Source of the DNA: Sphyrna mokarran
Lineage: Eukaryota
Length of the DNA: 64,000 nt
NCBI GenBank assembly: GCA_024679065.1
Contig: JAGIQG010000017.1
Span: 23,870,001-23,934,000, forward strand
Reading direction: 5' to 3'
The position numbers were made by a program, and so were the translations under genes. Within the stretch, counting starts at the first letter, position 1. Every line of letters begins with the position of its first letter. The notes under the pieces are model-generated. The model searched no databases, was not told where the DNA came from, and worked only from the letters and a program-made list of their open reading frames with translations. This document shows positions 25,500 to 38,274 of the stretch, piece after piece.

Positions 25500-26414
25500 A
25501 CATTAAATATACAGAAAAAAAGAGAAGCTTCAGTAACCATTGAACCCTTAGAGGATGAGACTGGGGAATTAATCATGGCAAACAAGGAAACAGCAGAAAT
25601 TTGCACAATTATTTTAATCTGTCTTCACTGTGGAAGACACAAAAAAAGCATCTCAAGATAATAGTGAATCAGTGGCAAAAGGAAGGGAGGAATTTAAAAC
25701 CATCACTAGAGAAAAATATAATGGGAATACTAATGGAATTGGCCTGGCTGAAAAGTTCCCTGGAGGTGATGGTCTACTACCTCAGATCTCTAAAAGAAGT
25801 GGTTCTGGAGATAATGGATCAGTTGATTGCAATCTTTCAAAATTCCTTATATTCTGGAAAGGAGCCTTCAGATTGGAAAACGCAAATGCAACTTCTGTTC
25901 AAGAAGGGAGGGAAATAGAAAACAGTAAAATATAAACCAGTTAGCCTAATGTCCGTTGGGACCACGTGAGAAAATATTATTTAAGTAGTACCAGTGCATT
26001 TAGAAAATCATAACACCAGCAGACAGAGTCAACATGGTTTTATAAAGGGAAATAATGCTCAACAATTTTATTAGAATTCTTTAAGGAAGTAACAAAACAG
26101 AATTAAAGGTGAAGTGTATTTGTATTGCCAGGTGGCATTCAATGATATTCCATGTAAAATATACATGAAAACTCATGGCATTTGGGGGCAGGGTGGGGGA
26201 ATATTATTAGCATGGATAGAAGATTGGCTAACTAATAGGAAATGGCGAGTCAGGATCAGTGGCTCATTTTCAGGCTGGCAACCGTGACTAGTAGAAATGT
26301 CACAGGGAACAGTGCTAAGGCCTCAACTAGTTACCATCTAAACAAATGATTTTGATGAAGGGACAACTATATTGTCACCAATTTTGTTGATATGAAATAC
26401 TTTTCCTTACATTT

Positions 26415-26726
26415 TCAACCACCAAAACCGCAGTGGTTTCGTCCTTGATATTTCAGGGCGTACACAACATTCATGGCAGTAACAGTCTTGCGTTTGGCAT
26501 GCTTGGTGTAGGTGACCGAGTCCCGAATGATATTCTCCAAGAAAACCTTCAGGACTCCACAGATTCCTTCGTAGATGAGGCCTGAAATGAGCTTAATGCC
26601 CCCATGCCAAGCCAGTTGACGGATAGCAGGTGTAGTTATTCCCTGGATATTATCGCAGAAAATTTTCCTGTACTGGTTAGCACCACCCTTCCCAAGACCT
26701 TTCCCACCTTTAGCTCCATCAGACAT
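26415..26726 (-). pseudogene. H4: Histone H4 pseudogene (full-length open frame, heavily substituted)
   Basis: 103 codons colinear with canonical H4; I count 26 substitutions, many R to Q/W/H/C, V to I, D to N, E to K; no 3' stem-loop or promoter; embedded in a LINE. Confidence 0.9.
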
Positions 26727-27149
26727 CCCACTCTGACAGCAAGTTCAGTAGTAGATAGGTAGGAAGTTAAGTTATGAGGAGGATACAACCAGTCTGCAAA
26801 GGAATATAGGTAGGTGAAGTGAGTCGACAAAAATTTAGCAGAAGGTTTATAATATCAAAAGATGTGAGGTTGTTTTATAAGGAGAAACAGAAATGCAAAA
26901 TACTGCTTAAACATAAAAAAGCAGAATGCTGCAATTCTACAACGATCTGGACGTGCTTGTATATGAAACACAAAAAGTCAGCATGCAGGGACAGTTAAGT
27001 GATCAAAAAGGCAATGGAATGTTAGATTTGTATTACTTGGGGGATGGAGTATGGAAGTGGCAAGGTGTTGCTGCAATCTACAGGCAATTTTGAGACCAAA
27101 TGTTAAACACTGTGTGTAGTTTTAGTGGATTCAAGGAGGGAAGAAAAGA

Positions 27150-27292
27150 CGCAAGAACAGAACTAGGCCATTTGACCTCTCAACTCAGCTCCACCATTCA
27201 ATGAGATCATGACTGATCTAATGTCATCATCCTCAACTCCACTTTCCACCTTATCCCGTAGCCCTCGACTCCCTTACTGATTGAAAATCTGC
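27150..27292 (-). mobile_element. CR1 3' end fragment nested antisense in the larger CR1
   Basis: aggccatttgacctc...gctccaccattcaatgagatcatgactgatct is the approximate reverse complement of 27712-27770. Confidence 0.75.
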
Positions 27293-27377
27293 TTGGATAC
27301 TTGCTTTGAAGCAGCTGAAAGATGATTTGCTAGGTTGATTCCTAGCAAGTGGGAAGGCTGAGCAAGCTGAGCCTAAT

Positions 27378-27461
27378 ACAAAGTCTCACAACAGCAGGTT
27401 GAAGTTCAACAGGGTTATTTGAAATCATGAGCTTTCAGAGCGCTGTTCCTTGCTTAGGTGA
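27378..27461 (-). mobile_element. Short Penelope-like-element-derived insert with decayed hammerhead ribozyme motif
   Basis: Minus strand: tcacCTAAGCAaggaacagcgctctGAAAgctcatgatttcaaataaccctgttg; tgagccta is repeated at 27368-27375 and 27459-27466. Family assignment from recalled consensus. Confidence 0.55.
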
Positions 27462-28499
27462 GCCTACGCTCATTGGAATTTGAAGGATTTCCCTTCGTGA
27501 GAAAAATATAGAACTGGGGACACAGTTTGAAAATAAGGTGAGGATTCTTTTTCTCTCAGAGGATTTTTAGTGTTTTGAATACTCTTCTCCAGTAAATGGT
27601 GGAGGTTGGCTCATTAATATATTCCAATTCGACGTCAAACAGATACTTAATTGCCAAGGGAGTCAAAGGTTATGGCAGAGGCAAGGCAATAACGTGGAGT
27701 TCAGGCCACAATCAGATCAGCTATGATGTTACTGAATGGCGGAGCAAGCTCATGGAGGCCAAATGGCCTGTTCTTACTTACATTCATTATTCTTCTAAAA
27801 CTAACAGCAACATCTGGAGTCTGCATGTAGGCAGTTAAATGCTGAAATCATAAGTTGCTGTCAGCGATCCTAAGTCTCCCCATAGGATACGTCAGGAAAA
27901 CCACTTGACTGCAAACAAGCAGAAATCACCGAACTGGTAAGAACATGCCCCTTACTCTTCTAGTCTTGAAAAGTTACTCCTTGTTGAATGAGACACAACT
28001 AGATTTTGTACGAAGTTCATAATTAATGCTGAATTGCCTTGCCTGGAACTTCTTTAGGAAAGTAGTCTTTACCGCGGTGTGTTTATTTATTACATGCATG
28101 CAGTGTTGCCACTGGTGGGAAAAATTTGCCAAGAGGACAATATACACCCAAGATATATTTGAGGAATATCAAACTTCATTTAAAAAATAAATTTTACAAT
28201 ACGTCCCTATCACTTACTTCATGTTCGTAAATTTTACCAAGAATGAAAATTCAATGCATTTTACTTCCAGTTTTCTATCTGGTAGAATATTATAACCTGG
28301 TTTCCCCCTAATGAAATATCCATGCCTGAATATATTTTCTACCACTCTCCATCATGGGCATCATATAGCATGAGGGTCCTGTGGTACTTACCATGGCCTG
28401 ACCTACTATCCTCTGGTATTTTGTCCTTCTTTCAGTATCTCATCTCATTCCACCCCCTCAATCAAAAAATGTTCTCTATTGCTCGTCCAAGTACGATAA

Positions 28500-30790
28500 A
28501 AAATAAACCCTCTCACCATGAGATCTTTACTGCTCTTCTCTCTCAGGCTGCAACAAACAATTTCTCCTCCTCAACGATTTCAATCTCCCCCTCAACCTAT
28601 CATGTGCTCTTTCCTCTGAGTTCACTGCCCTCCTCTCCTCCCTAAATCTCTTCCTTCAGGTAAATACCCCAACTCTTATTCAGGGTCACTCCAGTGAATT
28701 TGCCATCTTGTGTAATCTTGCTAAGCCCATTCTATCAATTGCAGATAGAACCACCTTTGATTGCTTCCCCGTATTACTCATCACGCACATCTCCCTTTCA
28801 CATCCCAACACTTTTGTCTTATGTACTCATGCCTGAAAATAATATCCCCAATTCAATTACAAACACCCAACTATCTGGCCTTTGGCCCTCTATTTACCAC
28901 AACTTTTCTGCAATTCTGAATTTTTTCAACCACATCCTTATTCCCTCCTTTGAAAGTCCTGAACTTCATTAAAAAAAATCCTCTCAGTTGTTTGCCTTGG
29001 CATGGCACTCATCTCTATTCCCTCAGGTTCAAGGGACACAGGTTTAAAAGGATTTGGCAGACAACTGCTTTAGTCATTCACTGCCAGATCTGGTTGGACC
29101 ACATAAGCATTATTGGGTTCTGCTCTAGTCTGCTAAAGCTGTTCACTATTCCATGATCATCCACGGATACCAAGAAAACCACCAGTATCTTTTCTCTACT
29201 GCAATCCATCTTCTTAAATCCCTCTCTTTTACTCTCACTTCCAACAAAATGTGCAATGCGTTCTCGGATTTCTTCCCACCCGCAAAGATTGAAATGATTC
29301 AATCAGGTGCTCTGCCAGGTCCATTCCATCCACTATCTCACTGGACCATCCATTCCGTCCATGATCTCGTTGGGTCATATTCCTCTGAACCTCTAGGCTG
29401 TCCTGGCTCTGAACTTGAATCTTTTTCTAGTTTCTCTCCCATCTCCCCTCATTCCTTCTTGGACTTTGTCTCGTTTCCTCAATCCTCTTCTCATTAAACT
29501 GCCGACAACCAATTTTCCCTTTTAGTTCCCATGTCAATAGTTCTGTTTTTAGGTGTTGGCCTTCTCTCTTTTAAATCTGCTGTCATCATCACTTGGTTTG
29601 TCAAAAACTAGTCCTTCACCCCACTATCCTTGCAAACCACTGGCCAATCTCCAACCACCCCTTCCTCCCCAAAGTTGCTGAATTTTATGTTGTTAGTTAT
29701 TCGTAAAAATCAGGAACCAATCGTGCAAACATACATCAGAAGTGCCATGTTTTACCACTGCACTGCAGTCGGGTACCAAGCAACAATGTATCAGTCCACC
29801 TGACTGTAAAAGTACATTCAATGAAGCACAAAAGCATGATTATTTTGAATATCTGGGAACAAAAGAATATTTAATATGTTGTACCTCCCAAATTCACCCC
29901 ACTCTTTCCTGGAACTCCATGTTTGAATAACCCCACCACCAAGCAACAGTCTGGTAATGCTCCTGATCATAATTATAAATGGCATCCTATATAACTATTT
30001 CAATAATAAATTATCCCTCCTGGCCCTTCTCAGTCTGTCTGCAGCCTTTGACGTTGTTAACCACACCATTTTCCTCCAACATCTCTCCACTGCCATCCAA
30101 TTGATAGGATTGCTCCCACATTGTTCCATTCTAAGTTAATTATTCATAATCGCAGCATCATATATTGTGGCATCTCTTCCTACTTTTACACCACTGCCTC
30201 TAATGTTTCCTAAGGATCTAGCCTAAGTCCAATCCTACATCTTACCCTTGGTGACAATCCAGAAGTCATGTCAGTTTACACATTCACGCTGATGACAACA
30301 CCCAGCTCTACTCATCACCAACTCTCTCAACGCATCCTGAATTATCAGACTGCTTAGCCGACATCCAAAAATGGAAAAGCAGAAATTTTCTCTGATTAAA
30401 TATTGGGAAGACTGAAACCATCATTTTCTGTCCCCTCTCCAAACTCCGCACTCCTAACTACGGACTCCATACCATTCCATCCTGTGGAGAGCAGTCCAAG
30501 ATTAAATCAGTTTGCAAACTTGATGCTGGTTCTGCCTTCATATTCACACTAAAACAACCTAATCCCACCAGTGTGACATCATCGACCTGCACCCTGTCTC
30601 ATCTCATTTGCTGTAAAATCCTTATTCATACTCTTGTTATCTGTAAACTGGATCATTCCAATATACATCTGGCTGCTCTCCCGCATTCTACTCCATAGAG
30701 GTCATCCAAAATTTTGCTGCCCATGATTTTTTAACTCTTGCCAAATCCATTTTCCCATCAACCTTGTGCTCACCAACTTATATTAAGTTT
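28500..30790 (+). mobile_element. Decayed L2-clade LINE ORF2
   Basis: Remnants LFSTAIHLLK (about 29190), ANHWPISNHPFLPKV (about 29632), LLALLSLSAAFDVVNHTIFLQHL (about 30016), HIHADD.TQLY (about 30279), LNIGKTE (about 30396); interrupted at about 29690-29890; 5' boundary uncertain. Confidence 0.85.
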
Positions 30791-30859
30791 TTTTTGTTAC
30801 TTAAGTTGCTATTTATTTAAACTTTATTGTTGTTCCATGAAGGACCTACATTTTGGATT

Positions 30860-31360
30860 TGCCTCCGGTATGAATGGATGTGTTACATCTTTACACCTCG
30901 CTCGCCTGCATAAGCGAGGCTTTGACAATACTCAAGAAGCTCGAACTAACCCAGGACAAAGCAGCCCACATGATGGATGTACCTTAAACATCCACCACGT
31001 CCACCCCACCCATTCACAATGGCAGCAAGCTGTGCCGTAAACAAGATGCACTGCAGCAACACTGAGCTTCCTTCAACAGGAGCTTCTAAAGCACATCGGC
31101 CACTTAGACAAGGGTCGCAGACCCAGGGGAACACCACCACGATCAACTTCTCCTCCAAGCTACACCACAATGACTTGGAATTGCCATTTCTTTATTGTAG
31201 CTGTATCAAAATCTTATAATCCCATTCCTAACAGTGAATGTGTCTACATTAGAATTACAGTGGCTCAACAAGACGGCTCACCACCACCTTCAAAGACAAT
31301 TGGGGGAAGGGCAACAAACACTGGCCTTGTCAGTGCCACCCACAGCCCATAAAATAATAC
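30860..31360 (+). mobile_element. LINE 3' fragment (ORF2 end plus 3' UTR)
   Basis: actcaagaagctcga...ccaggacaaagcagcc...caagatgcactgcagcaac...gggaacaccaccac; second, inverted copy at 23320-23575. Confidence 0.7.
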
Positions 31361-32939
31361 AACTTTTTAAAACTCACATTCCTTCTTGAAGTCACTCCTT
31401 AAACCCACTCGAAATGACAAATAAGTTAAATGTTTCCACCACATTCAATGCAGTAAACAATGAGCACAATTTGTCAACCTTGTGGTTCTAATTTAACTGA
31501 TAGCCCAGCTCTCTACATTTTGTGTCAAATGCTGTTTTAGAATGTTGCTGTGAGGCACCTTGTGATGATGCAGTGCCTTAACGACACTCTGCAAATTGTT
31601 GTTGTTGATTGGCTGCCTAATTTGCCAGATGGTATCACTATTTCTGGATGTCCAGAGATCCCCTTCAACTCGGCGCCACTAAATTCAGACAAACGTTCAG
31701 AAAGTGGAAACCCGCACCAAAGGAATCGCTGGATCCTTGTGGCTTGCCTACTCTGAGATCAGCAGCAAATGGTGCCATTTTCCAAGGGACCCTGGGCTAC
31801 CTTTTAAGTTAGAACTCACGGTTGACAAATTGTCTACTGCTCTGGTTGCACCGGAAATATTTAAATACATTCATTTGTTGTTTCTAACATTCTATGCACT
31901 TGCAAGGAACAGATTTTAAACATCCCAACCTTGAAATTTTCAATTCCCCACAGGAATCAACCTCCAGCTAAAGAATGTAAATGCGTGAACTAATGAATCA
32001 ACGTTGTATATATGAGCTTTTCAACTTTCCTGCTGATCTACTTACAATACTGAGCCCAGTCCAGTTCAGCAGCATTGCAGTTCAAAAGCTGAATTGTAGC
32101 GTTGGAGTCAATGCTTATAAGGCCAGTTTGAATTCCTTGTAGCCATCGCTTACCAATGGCAACACGTAACACAATAAAATATAGGTGGCAGAGATTTGCT
32201 GCTTCATCATTGTATTAGCTTCAGGTGATCAAATGAATTAATTTCTAGTTGGTTGTTTTAATTTGCCCAGCAAAAAACTGCCACATCTTTCTCTGAAAGC
32301 TCTCAATATGCAAATAAACCAAATTTACTCTCTTTTTGGGAGGTGCAAAATATAAATGCATATAAACTATCTGAAATATTACTAACTTAACACTATGGTT
32401 ACTAGCTATATATGTGCTGAATCCAGATTTAATTCTGCTTTCAAGCCTATCTCTCCCCAACCCCCCACCAACAACTCGGCGCGTTCCTTCATTTTGAAGA
32501 CTCACTTTCTATGGCACACAGGTTAGTTTTTAATTGTAATTAACTCAAGTTTGTTTGATTTCCATTTGCTTCAGGGTTGTTCCACAAGTACTCAATCAGA
32601 TTTCCCATTTATTTTACATTTAACACTTTAATCTCCACTTAACAACACTTTAATCTTGTATTCCTATAACTAAACGTTGTGCCTATAATGAACTATGGCA
32701 GGGCTCCCCATATGAGTTTCTGCGGAACCCCGCGGTTTCACAGGAGACATCCTGGATTCCACGACAGGTCAGACCAGGTTAATTTCAACAGAAGGTATCA
32801 TTCCAACTTGTCCAGAGCTGGAGACTACTGAGAGGCATGACACAATCAATGCACTGAGAAACCAGCATTTGATTGGACAATCTGGAAATTGCGACAAAAT
32901 GGGCAAAGTCCCAGGCAACGTGGAGAGCAAAAAAATGTG

Positions 32940-35900
32940 TACGTGCGAAGGAACCAGGGAGCAAAAGTGTGTGCAAGTGAGGGTGCCAGAGAGCGCAAGC
33001 AAGGAGCCAGAGAGTGCGAGCACAAGAACACAACCGCAAGAGACAATGAGTGCATGTCGGAGTGTGTGTGTGAGTGAGTGAGAAAGAGCACGCACATGTA
33101 TGTGAACCAGAGATCTGTGTGAAGGACAGTGTGCATGCACTCAGGAGCTAGAGAGAGCGAGAAAGCATGCACGCACATACATGTGTGCAAGGGAGCGAAA
33201 GGGTACGCACGTGAGCACACCAAAGAGAGTGCATACACACGCACAAGAGCCAGAGAGAGACTGAGAGATCGACTGAGCAGGTGCATGTGCGCACAAGCCA
33301 GAGAGATCAAATGAGCAGGCGCATGCACAAACCAGAAAGAGTGACACAGCAGGCACACACGCGAGCCAGACAGCAGCCATAGCTGCATGTACGATCCAAA
33401 CAGCAAGCATGTGCACACGCCAAGTGCAGGCACGCATGAGGTTGCCACTGACAAGAGCACACATGAGCCTGCCCACGAGGTATCACAGACGACAGCGAAA
33501 GAGCGTGCATGAGGGTGCCACAGAGTGAGAGCGAGTACACACAAAGGCGTCACAGACCGAGAGCGTGTGCACAAGGATGCCAAAAAGCGGGGCGGTATCC
33601 CAGCAAGAGAGCAGGAGTTCAAGGATACCAGAGAGCGCCCGCATCTAATCAAGGTTCCAGAAAGTGTGAGTGTGCCAAGGAGCAGGAGCTTATGGAACAG
33701 TGAGCAAGAATACAAGCACCAGAGACAGCAAGTGCAAGACAGAGAGTGAACGCGTGTGTGTGTGTGAGAGAGATAGAGAGCACATATGCATGCACATGTC
33801 CAAGAAAGCAGGCGTGCAAGCGAGACAGTTTGCACGTGGGCGAGCCAAAAAGCAGGTGTTGCTGCGCATGTGAGCCAGACAGCAGGCACTCACGCACTGA
33901 GGGCGCAACAGATGAGAGTAATCCTGCACGATGCCATAGGCGAGTGTGCGCGTGCACGCATAGCCACAGACAAGAGCATGTGCAAACTGCCACAGACAAG
34001 AGCGTGCACACACAAGGTGTGCAGAGACGAGAGGGTGCATGCGAGGTACCACAGATAAGGGCACGTGCATGAGCTGCCATAGATGAGCGTACACATATGC
34101 AGTGCCAGAGATGAAAGCATGCGCACTAGGGTGCCACAGAGCGAGGAAGCTACACAAGATAGAGCATGTGCGAGAGTGCCACAGAGCTAGGGAGCAGTCG
34201 CATGCCACCAAGCAAGGGAGCACACATGTGAGAATGCCACAGAGTGAGCGAGAGTATCACGGAGTGAGCGAGAGAGCACGCTCTCGCACACAAGAGTGCC
34301 ACAGAATGAGCGAGTGAGACAGAGAACGCTGATGTGCGAGGGTGCCACAAATCGAGAGAGAGAGAGAAAAGGTGCAAAGGTGACAGGCACAGAGACAGAG
34401 AGAGAGAGCGAGGATACAACACAATGCGAGAGAGTGCCACAGAGCGACAGTAAGAAAAAGATAGCACCTTTGTGCATGAGGGTGCCACAGAGCGAGCAAG
34501 AAAAGATGCATGTAGGGCCACAGAGTGAACGGGAGAGCACACACTCATGCACGAGGATGCCACAGTACAGTTGGAAGAGCGTGCGAGGGTACCACAGAAC
34601 AAGCAGGAGGGCACGCTCGCATGCGAGGGTGTCATAGAATGAGCGAGAGTTCATGTGCGAGTATGCCACAGAACGAGAGAGAGAGCACTCGCACGCAAGG
34701 GTGGCACTGAATGAGTGATAGCACACACGAATATGCCACAGAACAAGCGAAAGTACACTCGCGTGCAAGTCTGCCACAGAACAAGAGGGAGAGAGAGTTC
34801 ACTCGCGCACAAGGGTGCCACAGAACCAGAAAGTGGACATGGGTGCCATAGAACAAACGAGAGAGAGCACACACTCACACGCGAGGTGCCACAGAATGAG
34901 AGAGCACGCTCTCGCACCACAGAACAAGCAAGAGAGCGCTCACATGCAACAGTGTCACAGAACAAGCGGGAGAGTGCGCTCATGCACAAAGGTGCCACAA
35001 AACAAGAGACAGACGAGAGAGAGGGAGAGGGGGAAGAAAAAGAGAGCGCTCGCATACAAGGATGCCAGAACGGGCAAGAGAGAGCATACTCGCGTGCAAG
35101 AGTGCCAGAGAATCAGCAAGAGACTGCACTCACGTACAAGTGTACCAAGGAACGAGTGACAGACTGCGCGAGATAGAGCAGGCAAAGATGCCACAGGCTG
35201 AAAGATCACGCGCTCGCGTGTGAGGATGCCACAGAATGAGAAATCACGGCTTGCATGCGAGGGTGCCAGAAAAAGAGAACGCATGTGCTTGGATGACACA
35301 GAACAAGCAAAGACCACATGAGGGTGCCACAGAACAAACGAGTGCGCGCTGATGTGCCAGGATGCCACAGAACAAACAAGAGAGAGTGCTCCTACGTGAG
35401 GGGGCCATAAAATGAGCATTTGCGCGCAAAGGTGCTACAGAACAGGCTTGAGTGCGTGCGACGGTGCCACAAAATCAGCGGGAGCGTGCACTTATGCGCG
35501 AAGGTATCACAGAACGAGTGGGAGGGCATGCTTGCTACAGAACGAGCAGGAAAATGCACTCATGCGTGAGGGTGCTACAGAACAAAGGAGAGCACTGGCA
35601 CGCGAGGGTGCCACAAAATGAGACAAAGCACGCGCACCACAGATGGAGCCAGAGCACATGTGGGTGTCACTGAACCAGCAGGAGTGGAGCGCGAGCACGC
35701 ACGCCAGGGGAGCGGGGTGGAAGCGCGCACAATATAGTACCAATGGGGAGTGGGGACGAGCATACGCGCCGGGGGAGGGGGAAGTGCGCGCACCAGAGCG
35801 CCGAGCAATGGGGCAGGTGCATGCGCACCAGGCGCCACCACACCAGGGGGAACAGGCTGCGAGTGCGCATGCACCAGGGGGAACGGGGCGCAACATGGGG

Positions 35901-36225
35901 AAGCACCACTGAACCAATGGAAGCAGGGTGCAAGGCGCGCGCATGCCAGACAGAGAAAAGACGCGCGTGAGCCAGTGGGAGAATGTGCATACGAACAAAA
36001 GCAAAAGCGCATGCGCAAGATAGGGAGAGAAAGCACGCACCAAAGAGAATGTTCACGCGAGAATGTATGGACATGCAAAAGTGAGAAAGACAGACAGCAT
36101 GTATGTGAATGTATGTAAGCAGTGTGAGAGGGAGTATGAGAGACTAAAAGTGTGCGAATGAGATTGTGCAAGCACATGTGAGAGTGGGAAAGAGAATGAG
36201 AAAGAGTAAGAGTGTGTCTGAGCAC
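32940..36225. repeat. Degenerate tandem repeat / low-complexity array, core GAGGGTGCCACAGAACGAG, period roughly 35-45 nt
   Basis: Dozens of TGCCACAGA-like cores separated by (GA)n/(CA)n/(CG)n-like linkers; T-poor plus strand; sub-repeat changes to GCGCACCAG...GGGG at about 35640-35950. Confidence 0.85.
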
Positions 36226-36857
36226 GTTAAGTTAACAAGCATGTGGATGTTAGATATGAGAATTCAGCTTTCCCAAAATTTGACAGTGGAAGAGACAGCA
36301 TCACATCTCCCATTAAAACAAAAATCACAAAAATTTCAGACTTAAATACTTGGTTGTATTTAATTCTAATATGATATCGGAAACAGAAAATAATTCTAAA
36401 AATTTATTCTTATATGTTTGCATCTATTGCACAAAAACAATTTTTTTGTGGTTTAAATCATCTGCAGTTTCTCTCAGCGTTCCTTCAGTATTCTTGAAAG
36501 GGGAAAAGTAATGGAAACAGGTTGAACTAAGCAATCAGATATTCAGAACAATATGCTTCAACAACTTTTACTCTAATTTTAAAATCCCAAAAACAAATAT
36601 AAAATGCAAAGCACACAAGTTCCATGCAATCCATAGTGAAAATGATACTAACCAATGATACCAAGTGCACCAACTCAAAACAAACTTCTGAACTAAACCA
36701 TTTAATTAGCTTTCAAAATTTTGTCTCGGGGACTTGGGACTGGTAGGAGGAGCTTACAGAAGGCAAGGGACAAATTTGAAGATGGGAATTCGTTAAAGGT
36801 GGAGATTGAACAGAAACATAAGTGACATGATCGTAGCGACCAAACTTTGGATTTAGA

Positions 36858-37040
36858 CCATAAGACATAAAGCAGAATTAGATCACTTGGTCCATCGAGT
36901 CTACTCTGTCATTCAATCATAGCTGATATTTTTCTCATCTGCAGTCTTCTGCCTTTTCCCCATAACGCCTGATCCCCTTATTCATCTAGAACCTATCTAT
37001 CTCTGTCTTAAAGAGACTCAACGACCTGGCCACCACAGAT
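36858..37040 (-). mobile_element. CR1 3' end fragment
   Basis: cataagacataaagcagaattag...cattcaatcatagctgat...ctatctatctctgtcttaaa is a reverse-complement CR1 tail. Confidence 0.75.
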
Positions 37041-38274
37041 TTGAGGATTCTACTTCCTGCACTCTTATCACTATCTACATTTCTGACACGTGCACAGAAA
37101 AGACACTTTGTTCTAGAAAATCAAATACTATGAAGCCTATAATTTGTATCTTCTTAGTTTATGTATTATTATATAGTGGATCAATTGAGTAGATTGTCTG
37201 TTGAGCTTTTATATAAATTCATTCAGATTCACCATGCATTGTGAGCACTAAAATTATTTATTCAATGTTAGAAAATGTTATAGATAATTAAGTTCACAAG
37301 TATAATTCCACCTTTATTACTTCATGTTATTTTAATCCAACATTTTCCCGTCTCTTCCTCTTCCCCATTCCAGACTCTGGTAGTTTACTTGCTCTACATC
37401 CCCTGATGACAGACTACGGTCAGCAAAAAGGGGTAGTCCTCAGGTTTCAAATCACAGTGCCAAGTGGTTTGCATCAATTTGTCCCTCCCTCGACTGGGTA
37501 GAGCGAGGGATCACAAGAAATAATTCACAAGCCAACAGCCCATCAGTGTTTTAAAAAAAACCATCTAGGATGAATGCTATGAAAAAGAGTTATAAAGGCA
37601 CAATACATTAATTTGGCCATAACTGGTGCAATGGTCAAGGCCCACAGGAAAAGCTATGCAATTTGAATGGTTATTTCTGGAAAACATTTCTGTGGGAAAG
37701 CTTTACTTGTTTTTATTTGGAGCTGAGTAAGCAGTTCAGACTCTCAAAGCATGGCATTGATTTTATTTCTTAAACATTTCTTGCCAGGATTCTAAGCATT
37801 TCATTTTTCACAAGTAATTCCGTGCATACCTTATGCATAATTTAAGAAGAATAGGTGCAAGTACCATCAGCTAGTATCCAAATGAAAACTGTGCACGTGT
37901 GAAGCCTGGCCAATAGCACTCTCCCATTTATAAATCACCTATGGAGGCAGCAGGAACAATACCTGGCTTGAATTGATGTTTGAAAAAGTTCACCTTTCCA
38001 TCAGAAAGTCATTCATTGCTGGCAACATGACACATGGAACATTCTGGCATGGAATGTACAACATTTAAATTCAATTACATTGTTGATGTGGATTACTGCA
38101 AATACATAGAAGACAAATAACAATCAATGTCATTTTTTTTCGTGTGCAGACATGGATCTCCCCTAATGCCTTCTGAGTAAAGGAAAATTCAGAACATTTG
38201 CATCTGAATTGTACTCTGATCTCAGAAGTGTGCAGCATTATCAGTGAAGTGTTTCTTGTTCCCCCTTTACCTAC

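Larger units (their letters stand above)
24910..27795 (+). mobile_element. Decayed CR1-clade LINE (endonuclease end, RT, 3' UTR) with nested insertions
   Basis: Frameshifted remnants in order: SDHN (about 25045), DWK.A....FKKGG (25871), YKPVSL (25931), QHGFIKGK (26030), WIEDWLTNRK (26213), VSQGTVLRPQL (26299), decayed FADD (about 26383), 3' UTR 27700-27790. Confidence 0.9.

Noticed and set aside
26415-26726. Functional histone H4 variant
   Set aside because: 26 substitutions in a nearly invariant protein, including the N-terminal GRG and many Arg residues; CpG-decay pattern; no promoter or stem-loop; lies inside a LINE.
28386-28394. Another ATG|GTAAGT on the minus strand
   Set aside because: Lies in repeat-rich intron 6 beside the L2 remnant; phase 0 does not fit exon 7 (phase 1); treated as background.
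34050-35640. CRISPR-like look (constant core plus variable spacers)
   Set aside because: Eukaryotic intron; cores are imperfect, spacers are mutually related low-complexity sequence, and there are no cas genes.
32769-36225. Many long overlapping ORFs (up to 347 aa) on both strands
   Set aside because: Produced by a low-complexity repeat poor in stop codons; Cys/Leu/Ser/Arg-biased translations with no domain or splice support.
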